This document shows positions 53,286 to 64,000 of a DNA stretch of 64,000 bases, piece by piece (within the stretch, counting starts at the first letter, position 1; each line of letters starts with the position of its first letter). The notes beneath the pieces are model-generated. The model did no database searches. It saw nothing but the letters and a program-made list of their open reading frames with translations, and had not been told where the DNA came from. A program made the translations under genes and the position numbers. The DNA comes from Eledone cirrhosa (lineage: Eukaryota). The stretch is taken from assembly GCA_964016885.1 (NCBI GenBank), contig OZ024744.1, forward strand, positions 48,732,001 through 48,796,000. Reading direction: 5' to 3'.

Positions 53286-53671
53286 TGTGCAAAAAAAAAA
53301 AAAAAAAAACTACTAGAATAGAATTTATAATTACATTTAGGAATTTCAATTGTAATGGGATGAGATCTAACTGCAAATCTTGTACTACATTTAAACTCAT
53401 GAAGACAATGAAAGCTCATCAGAACAGTTTCCTTACCCCTGCATATCATAATAGGTAACTAAAGGGTTTATGGCCAGAAAGACATCAGACTACAAAACAT
53501 GGCCTCAAAAAATTAACAAAAGCTCTCAAATAAAATTAGGATGGAATGTTTTTTAGATAAATATAAACACTTTAAACCTTTAATTACCATATTCTTTTTA
53601 AAATCAAGAATTTGGAGGGATTTTAGTAATATATCTAACTTGGACTGACCAATTCCTTGTGAGTGAAATTT

Positions 53672-54850
<1,179 letters not shown>

Positions 54851-54859
54851 CCAAAAAGG

Positions 54860-55280
54860 ATTTGAAAACTATAGGCAGTGTCTTTCTTAAGAAATACAGT
54901 AAGGAAAGGCTTGAAGTGTTTCTATTTATCTAAAAACCTTCCATTGTAATTTTATTTAAGAACATTTGTTATGTTCCAAATACCAAATGAGATAGTTAAA
55001 TTAATAAAAGTATGTCTATAGGAAGTTAGTTACATTACTAAATCTCTCCAAATTCTTTGCTTTCTTCAAAATGATTTGAAAACTATAGGAAGTGTATTTT
55101 ATTAGAAATATAGTAATGAAAGGTCTAAAGTGTTTATATTTGTCTAAAAACCTTACATCATAATTCTATATAAGAAGCTTTGTTAAGTTATATTCCAAAC
55201 ACCTTGTAAATAATGAAAAATTAGTTATATTAGTAAATCCCTCGAAATTCTTGATTAGCCAGTGTCTTTCATTAGAAATA
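54860..55280. repeat. AT-rich interspersed repeat in about two tandem ~215-bp units
   Basis: gatttgaaaactataggcagtgt..ttatgttccaaa..ttactaaatc motifs repeated; relatives at ~18960-19050 (reverse) and ~57695-57945. Confidence 0.6.
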
Positions 55281-57023
55281 CTAGTAGAAAAACCACCCTT
55301 CGGGTGGTTTTCTGCTAGCATGTGTAGTGTGCATATTGATATTATACGCAGGTTCACAATTTTCAACTGCTAATTTTATGCAAATTTTTTTTACTTCCGT
55401 TGTCACTCTTGTCTTCATAAAAACAGTAACTATATTTCCATTATTTATTTTCAGAATAATTGATTATGACTAATTTTGAACCTCCAAATATGTGGAAGAG
55501 ACACGGAGTTCTTCTTGGAATCCGCACCGGGAGGACAAATAAGGAAATTTCAGACTTTCTCAGCGTCAGCAGGAGAATGGCTGAAAAGGTCAGAAAGGAA
55601 TTGGAAGATTCAGGATTCGACTACGAAGCAACATCAGAGAGGAAAACACATGATCGACGATCTGACGCCTTCAGAACACCCGAGTTCATCATTGAAGTTC
55701 GGGATATCATCAACAATGAACCTAGCAAGTAGATGCGTGCCATTGCAAGGGAGAAAGGCGTGGATGAAAAGCTCATTAGGCTGGTGGTATATGAAGACAT
55801 ACAAGATGAGGAAAGGACAATTTCTGTCAAAGGCGATGCAAGAAAAGTGACTGAAGCACGCAAAGAAGCTAATCAACAAGTTGAAACACCCACTGGAGCC
55901 AGACATGCTGTGGTTTTTCTCAAACGAGAAAAACTTCTGCCAAGACCAGAAGATCAACTCCCAGAACAACAAGTGGCTCGCTGTCTCATTCAAAGACGTG
56001 CACAGAGTCATGCAGACAAAGTTTCCAGCGACAACATTGGTCTTAGGTGTCGTTAACAGTCAAGGTGATGTTGTGCCACCTCACTTCTTCCCTGAGAGCC
56101 TCAAGCTGAACACCAATTGCTACATCCGCATTCTGAGCAAGGTAGTAAAGCCCTGGATCGACTAGGTAGCTGCAGGTAGGCCGTACATGTGGCAGCAAGA
56201 CTCAGCGCCCTGCCATAGCAGCCGAAAGACCCAAGCCTGGCTGTCAGAGAACTTCATCGACCACACTTCACCTGACATCTGGCCTCCCAGCTCGCCTGAC
56301 TGCAACCCCCTCGACTTCTTTGTGTGGGGCGCAGTGGAACGAGACACCAACAGATCTAGCTGCAATACAAAAGACGATCTGAAGGCCAGGATCACAAGTG
56401 CCTTTAGGGGCCTAAGTTTGGGGGACAGTGACGAAGGCCTGTAGCTGGTTCCGAGGCCACCTTGAGACCGTCATCAAAGCCAATGGCAGGTTTATCGAGT
56501 GAAATCTAAAGAACAAGTCATGAAGACAAACTGACCCAAGTTTGATAAATATAACTTAAAAAATAAAACTACTGTGTTATTTTTTCCTAGACAGTAATCC
56601 TGCGAACAAATATCGTCTGCACCCTGTATATACATGTAGATATGATACATCAAATAAAATCGTAACTGACAATATATAATACATAGAAATTGAACGAAGA
56701 CTGAGTAACACTGTCTTATGTAATCAGCAACGTAATCCATGATACATTAAAAAAAGACAATATTATTTATAAACTGCATTAGGAGAAAATTAGTATGTTT
56801 ATTCAAGCGATGGCCAACCGGAAGTGTTGACATTTCAGAAATTTTAAAGAAGTGAATCTTTAAATAAACAAAATATATTTAATCAACAGCCACGAAATTT
56901 AGTAGATAAATTATGTGATATTCATTCATTATTTATTCAAAGTAATCCAACTTATTTTACTAATGGGATAAAAAATTATAAACCGTACGCAGTCCCGCGC
57001 TCCTTACTTTATTATAGTTTAGA
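55281..57023 (-). mobile_element. Non-autonomous Helitron split by a maT transposon
   Basis: 55281-55352 plus 56627-57023 reconstitute the reverse complement of 17442-17912. Confidence 0.88.
55353..56626 (+). mobile_element. Tc1/mariner DD37D (maT) transposon, transposase disrupted
   Basis: WFFSNEKNF (first D mutated), WQQDSAPCH, WPPSSPDCNPLD with 37 residues between D2 and D3; right TIR ends ..CACCCTG|TA. Confidence 0.9.
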
Positions 57024-57087
57024 TTGTAACAAATATTTTTGGTTGAGTATTTCATGAGAAATATTAACACCTATAGAATTATTTCTA

Positions 57088-57268
57088 TCATTGTCGTCGT
57101 CGTCATCATCATCATCATCATTATCATTACCATTATCATCATTATCATCATCATCACCATCATCATCATTGTTATCATTATCATTATTATCATCATCATT
57201 ATCATCATCATCATCACCATCATCATCTTTATTATTATCATTATCATCATCATCGTCGTCATCATCAT
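57088..57268. repeat. (ATC/ATT)n microsatellite followed by RTE-tail remnants
   Basis: Direct inspection. Confidence 0.85.
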
Positions 57269-57944
57269 TTAACATTTGTTTTCCCCTGTTAGCAACAAGC
57301 TGGTTGTGTTTCGAAAGACCAATTCAGTACTCAAACAGAGTTACTGATTTCTCAGATGGGCTGGGGGCCTGCATCTTGCTTAAATATGATCCTGCACTCT
57401 ACCATGTTCTTTTTATCTTTAACATAGTTAAAGTGTTCCCCCGACCTTTTGTTTATCAGATTTTCTATGGTTGGATGCCCTTCCTATTACCAACCATTTT
57501 ACAGAATATACTGGGTGCATTTATCATGTTCATCGCCAATACTAAAAAGGTTGTCATGTCTTTGACTCAACCAAAGGATCCTTCCAACCCTTTGTTTGGC
57601 AGGCTTTCTATGGTTGGATGCCTTTTCTATCACCAATCACTTTACAAATCTTGCTTTCGTCCAAATTTTTCTCTTCCACTGGCCCTGAATTTCATACTAG
57701 TTAAGTTATGTTCCAAACACCTGCTTAATAAGTTAGGTATATTACTAATATCACTAAATCCCTCCAAACTTTTATTAAAATCTGTTGAAAAAAGAAAACA
57801 AAACATAAGAAATATAGCAACAAAGGGGTAAAAGTGTTTATATTTATCTAAAACGATTCCATCATAGTTTTATGTAAGAACCTTTCTTATGTTCCAAACA
57901 ATAACTTAATAATGAAAAAGTTAGTTATATTATTAATATTAATA

Positions 57945-58440
57945 AATCCTTCTTCTTGGTCTCCTGCTGCTTCTCTTTACCCATAAAATCTGTACTGTGA
58001 TTCTTTCCTTAGACATTCTAACCATATGTCCATTGTACTGGAGCTGTGATTTCTCAATGTGGAAAAGTAGCAGTTCTACCTGAAGTGACTTCCTGATCTC
58101 TGAGCCACACACTCTGTCAAGTAGCGTTACTCCAAAGACTCTTTGGAAGAAACCCATTTCAGCCGCTTCTATTTGCGATTGTATTTTTTTCAGTCATTAC
58201 CCAAACCATAGGTAAGGGTCGGCAGAACACCAAATTGAAGATAGTGGTGAGTTTGGCTTTTACACCTACCTCCCTTCTTCTGATTACTGAATACGGAAAA
58301 TAGTGCATTACTGTACCAGCTCCAGCAATTCTTGCATTTAATTGAGCCTCCTGCCTTCCATCATTCATTAAAATGGCCCCAAGACACTTGAACTTCTCTT
58401 CCTGCTTCAGTGTAACTCGACTCACACGCAAAACACACAA
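57945..58440 (-). pseudogene. Decayed RTE-like RT C-terminal fragment
   Basis: LKQEEKFKCLG..LNARI; GVTLLDRV..EIRKSL..QLQYNGHMVRM..RRPRR. Confidence 0.75.
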
Positions 58441-59216
58441 CATGAGCTTTCTCGAGAGGATAAATGTCTCAATCTAGCAACTGCCATTAAGTCGATATGC
58501 AAAGGCGTTTATATCCATGCATCTGTGCCTGCATTTATTTATGCATATATATGCTTCTTGGTAGGGTTTTATCTTGATAAGGTTTAAACCCCATTGCTAT
58601 TTAAGAAATCTGAATCTGTTATCTTAAAAACAAGTTATGGTGTGTCCTGGCTTATTCCTTCCCTTACTGGTTGGCTGGTGTAGATGTCTGTGTTGGCGTT
58701 GGTATATTTTAATACTTTCCTCACCAATCATTGCCATTATCATCATCATCATCATAATCACCAGAACACATGTGGCTGCTAATCAAACTTATTAACCATG
58801 CATACACACAAACAGCCACAATCTAATGACTGAATCCTGAAAGAGACTAAAAGAGTATATGTATATATTTGTAGATTAACGGCTGAGAGTAAAGTGTACT
58901 CAATACCAAAGTAGAGTTTTAATGTTCATTTTATTAAGGCTAAATAGTGAGTCTTTTGTCTGTTTATCACAGGGTCATCTGACAAGATGATAAACAGGTG
59001 AATATGCAGAGTAAGTAACAAGTATGTAGCCTTAATAAAGTAAATATATATATATATTTGCTGCCGAAGCAGCAAGAGCTCAGCTGTTGGGCCCTGTCTG
59101 TCTAATATAGTACACTGTACTATCTCAAGTATCAGGTACTCTTAGTAGTTTTAAACTTGTAAAACCCTGACACACACACATATATGTATATATATTCTGA
59201 TTTATATATAAAGGCA

Positions 59217-59545
59217 TGGAGGCACATGGCTTAGTGGTTAGAGCATTGGCTTTGCAATCGAAAGGTTGTGAGTTCAATTCTCAGACCGGGTGATGTGTTG
59301 TTTCCTTGAGCAAGACACTTTATTTCACGTTGCTCCAGTTTACTCAGCTGTAGAAATGAGATTATAGGGACTGGGATCCCTATCATTCGTGGAGGTGCCA
59401 CGGCAAAAAAGCACCCAGCACTCACTGTAAATGAGGTTGGTGTTAGGAAGGGCATCCAACTGTAGAAATCAAGCCAGAATCAGTTCCAGTCCCACCCTTG
59501 CAAGCAGGGAAAAGTGGACGTAAAATGAAATGATGATGATGATGA
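59217..59545 (+). mobile_element. tRNA-derived SINE with RTE-type tail
   Basis: Box A/B head, ccttgagcaagacacttta body, RTE 3'UTR and (GAT)n. Confidence 0.85.
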
Positions 59546-59816
59546 ATGATAAATCAGAATGGATGCAGTAAAAACCTGTTAGCTATATACATACATATAA
59601 TCATACATGCCTACATTCATAAACACAGACATACTTATATATATATATATACATACATGCATACATACAGACATGCATACATACATACATACATGTTGAT
59701 CCTATATCTTGATAAATGTTAAAAGAATTTGGCAGTAGAGAGGTCCCTATGTCACCAAAGGTCATGATAGGTCAAACACCCTAAATTTTTGCTGTCACAT
59801 AGTGATTAATTTGGCT

Positions 59817-59865
<49 letters not shown>

Positions 59866-60010
59866 CATACATATACATATATGTATATACATATATATAT
59901 ATATGTATGCATATTATCTTATATATACATATATATGTGTGTATATGTGTATGCATATTATATTGTATTATATATATATAATACACACATATAAAAACAC
60001 AGACAGACAC

Positions 60011-60044
<34 letters not shown>

Positions 60045-60290
60045 ATACCTATATGACATGCAATGGGTTGGGGTGGTGGTCTTTATATGGACCTTATGAT
60101 TAATTAGGGAGCCAAAAAAAAGGGCATGTAAGGTCAGGCAAGTGACCTTTCCTAGGGGTCAACTAACTTACTGAAAGGCTCAGAAAAAGTTTGTATCTGT
60201 ATATGTTTGTATATACATGTATGTATATAAATATATATATATATTCACATCAACATATATGTATGTGTATGTGTGTATATATATACACAG

Positions 60291-60330
<40 letters not shown>

Positions 60331-60529
60331 ATATATATAAATATATATATATAATACTCATACACACACATTTATATATAATTTATCTACATTCACACAT
60401 ACAAATATATATGATATGCAATGTGTTGGGATGGTAACTCTTATAGGGATCCTTTGATTACGATATATATAAATATACATATTTATATATATATGTATAT
60501 ACATGTATATGCATGTATATCATTATCAT

Positions 60530-62015
60530 TGTTTTTAAGTCTGTTTTTCAAAGCATGGGTTGGGCCAGTCCTTTTCAGCACAGCATCTTTCCACCCACCA
60601 AGTTTCTTGTCATCACCTCAGTGAGTCTCAATGGTTTAAGGTCAACTCTCCAACCTCTGCATAGGTCTTTCTCAGTCTACCTCTATTGCAGCCTCCATCC
60701 ACTGACATTTCCTAGCATCTCTTCATCCACCAATCACTGTCCATGCACATCACATGTGCATCTTCTTAATACAAAGTTTTCCTTTCCTGTTAATCTACCC
60801 ATTATCCTACTTCATCTCTTGTATACCCAAGATTTACATTGCGTCCATCATATGGAGTTTATGTCAACTCCCTTTCTACATATTGAGCAGGGCCACTTCC
60901 CTGGGGGAATCAGGGTCCTATCTTCTTTCTTATTTACTAGCACTTAAGTTTTGGCTAAGTTTACACTCAGACCTTTTGATTACAAATTCCGTTTCCATAG
61001 TCAGAACTTATTCTCTAGTTCTTTTATGAATTCAGCAACAAGGACCAAATCATCTTCATAGAGAAGTTCCCAAAGACAGACAATTTTAAACTCCTCTGTT
61101 ATGGCCTGGAGAACTATGAACAGCAGTGGGTTAAGAACTGAACCTTGATGAACTCCTACCTATACCTTGAATTCCTCACTAAACTTATTTTCCACTCTCA
61201 CTTTACTGAAAGCTCCTCTGTACATGGCTTGCATTCTTCATAAACTCCCTATGGTGTACACAATTTAAATCTTGGATTCACATGAGATGTTATTGGATAA
61301 TGTGTAGACTAACAGGAAGAGAAAACTTTACATGTAGAAGATACACAGAAGGTAACAAAGAGGAAGAGTGCCAGTGATATAAAACTTTTTTAATCTCAGG
61401 AAAGACCCATAGAAATGGTTGATACTTCTGCAATCTAGGTGACCTAATTAACAGTAGAGGAAGGTGCTCTGAGACCATAATAGCTAGAATAAGGATAGGC
61501 TGGAAGAAGTTTAGAGAGCTACTCCCACTGTTGACAACAAAAGGTTTCTCCCTACATACAAAAGGACAATTGTGTGATGCCTGTGTGTGATGTGTGATGC
61601 TGCATGATAGTGAAATACAGACAGTGACTGCAAAGGATATGCATAGGCTGAAGAGAAATGAAGCAACCATGCTTTGTTGGGTAAATATAAATGTGAGAGA
61701 AGGCAGAGCTTGGACGAGCTGAGGGAGAAGCTGAGTTTTAAAAAAATCCAAAGTGGTGTGCGGGAGAGAAAACTGTATTGGTAGAGACATGTGATGTGCA
61801 TGGATGATGATCATTGGGTGAAGAAGTACCAGAAAATGCCAGTGGATGGAAGCCGCTGTAGAGGTAGACTAAGAAAGACCTCAACAGAAGTTGTGAGAGC
61901 TGACCTCAAATTACTGAGATTCACTGAGAAGATGCTGTGCTGAGAAGGATCCATCCATGCAAGCATGGAACAATAAACATAAGAACGATGATGTTGATGA
62001 TGATGATGATGATGA
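60530..62015. mobile_element. Two old RTE fragments in divergent orientation (60530-61230 minus; 61290-62015 plus)
   Basis: Diverged matches to the RT, PHD and 3' regions of the 29365-31570 family. Confidence 0.75.
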
Positions 62016-62189
62016 TATATAAACTTTGGATGAAAGCTAGAAATGTTTACAAGGCAAAATCACATTAAGTTCTCAGTCAAATTTCTATCTCGTTATTATT
62101 ATATATATGTATGCTTCTCTTTCTCTTAATTTCTAGTACATTTTTGACTGCCCACATTCCTGGTGGCAAGGTTGTAAAAAAAAAAAATT

Positions 62190-63520
62190 GTCACAAGAAT
62201 GTTTTGCAAATTTTGAAGGTGCCATCTATCACAGCCATTTGTAGTCTATGAATTAGGGAACTGCGTTCTTTGTCCACAAATCTAAGTTTAGTTATACTTT
62301 GGTCCAAGTGGGTTGGTATATAACCCGTAGCTCCAATAATGATTGGTATGAAGCTGAAGGTGTATCTTGGATACTGAATCTACAAACTCCTCATCAATGG
62401 TCCGTAGATATCTCCTTCTCATGTATTTTTCTTACAACGTTGACATCAAGTAGGCAGCTGATCTCTACAACAGAGCATGTTTTCAATGTGTGGTCCCAAA
62501 CAACAATATCAGGCCGGTTGTGCTTTAATTTGGTGGCAGTTTTTATTTTCAGGTTCCATCAGTATTCCTTAGTGCCATCTGTCTCAATATATTCCTCCTC
62601 ATTTATTTTTAATCTTGTTTTCCTAAGTGCATTCCAGATGGTTCTAGCTATCCCATCGTGTCTCATGTGGAGGTAGTAACGAGACAACATTCTTTCACAG
62701 TTGGCAACAATGTGGCTAACATCTTCGATCTTTGTTTTACATAGCCTACATTCATTGTCAACTGGTGGCCCTCCTTTTGTGTAGCAGATATTTGTTAGGG
62801 ATTTCTTGTTCCTGTATTACATAGAGATATCCTTAAAGGTGGGACGTCATAAACATGTCGGAACTCCATGCCAGGCTTTTTTAATGATTTATCCCCTCTA
62901 TGGTCTGTGTTTTTTGTCTCAAGTACTCATGTGCAAATTTCTCTGTAAATTAGTCCCTTTTTTTTTATCTTGTTCAAGCATTGAATAGGATCTTCCAATG
63001 TTCCTGGGAGAAAGATTTATATCAGGCCTTATTCCATATCTCTCCTCCAGATCAGTGGCTATCCCGCCGAGGTTAACTTTGCCTTTCATCCTTATGGGGT
63101 CGATAAAATAAAGTACCAGTAATCTACTGGTTAATTGCTGGCCTTGTGCCAAAAGTAGAAACAATTATTTCCTTCTTGTTCATAGACCTGGGCAAGATGA
63201 TTGCTGACCTTTTTCTTCTATTGAAGATGTTGCTTCAGTGTTACGAACATTCAGTGTATGCATGCATGTATGTATGTATGTATTTATATACTCATTAATG
63301 TTCTATCTAATCAAGATTTGATAAATAACTATTTTAGAACTGGGTGTAGTTTTGTAAATATCCCATCAAAACAAAGTGAAATCTGTTTTTGTAGAAAGAT
63401 GATATCCCTGTGTATGTTGTCCAGTATTGAAAAACTACAGTCAGGTATATATTGTTAAATAATGGAACAATATGACAAGGTGAAGTAGTTATTTAATCCA
63501 TTGTTTTACAATTGTTTTAG
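62190..63520 (-). pseudogene. Decayed R4/Dong-clade C-terminal region, interrupted by a SINE (63061-63168) and microsatellite
   Basis: DNECRLCKTKIEDVSHIVANC..YYLHMRHD, HNRPDIVVWD motifs on minus strand. Confidence 0.8.
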
Positions 63521-64000
63521 AGAGCAAAATCATCAATGTGCAGAATAATGGATGGCTGTTATACAACTACTGAGCAATAGCTAGGAAGAAGCACATTCAT
63601 TATGCTGTCTATCCTGAGAAACAATGCACACACATATGTATATACATATATACATAAGTATATTTACATATATAAACACAGACATAGGTGTGTAATTAAG
63701 TATTTGCTTTGCCACCATGTAGTTCTGGATTCAGTCTCACTTTGTGACACTTTGGACAAGTGTCTTCCACTATAATCTGAAGTTGACAAATACTTTCAGT
63801 GGAATTTGGTATAGAGAAACTGAAGAATCTCAATATGTGTATGTTTGTATGTGTGTGCATGTGTGTATGTGTGTATGTGTGCATGTGTGTGTGTCCATTC
63901 TGTGTTTATATTCTGCAACTCAACAGTTCTACAAAGAAATTGATTGATAAAATAAGTACTGAGATTGATATGATCAACCGAATCAATGTAGTGCCCTAGC

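Noticed and set aside
57091-57831. 246-aa ORF
   Set aside because: Poly-Ser from (ATC)n followed by read-through of RTE-tail and AT-rich repeat remnants
59217-59292. tRNA-like sequence (also heads at ~9220-9293, ~18060-18130, ~33028-33112)
   Set aside because: Box A/B present but no proper acceptor stem, and contiguous with SINE bodies

Overview
AT-rich, microsatellite-dense eukaryotic DNA with no recognisable host protein-coding exon, rRNA or true tRNA gene. The repeat repertoire suggests a cephalopod (octopus-like) genome; this is inference. Almost everything is decayed mobile DNA: RTE LINEs of two families (one with a C4HC3 PHD-like finger inside the RT), R4/Dong and Hero-like RLE retrotransposons, Tx1-like L1 elements in (AAT)n, a CR1-like fragment, tRNA-derived SINEs, non-autonomous Helitrons, a DD37D (maT) transposon and Penelope-like elements (GIY-YIG). 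The main signal not shown by the ORF track is RNA structure. By manual folding I find about ten complete or near-complete type I hammerhead ribozyme (HHR) motifs from several unrelated sequence families, plus truncated ones, nearly all in or beside (TA)n. Three sit in non-coding 541, 550 and 480 bp units with 49-104 bp terminal redundancy, which is the footprint expected of retrozyme-like, possibly circular-RNA-derived, non-autonomous retroelements. Penelope machinery is a plausible mobiliser. Several cores are non-canonical (recurring U.U at the base of stem II; a CAGAAGA core in two copies). All folds and identities were read by eye, and boundaries of decayed elements are approximate.
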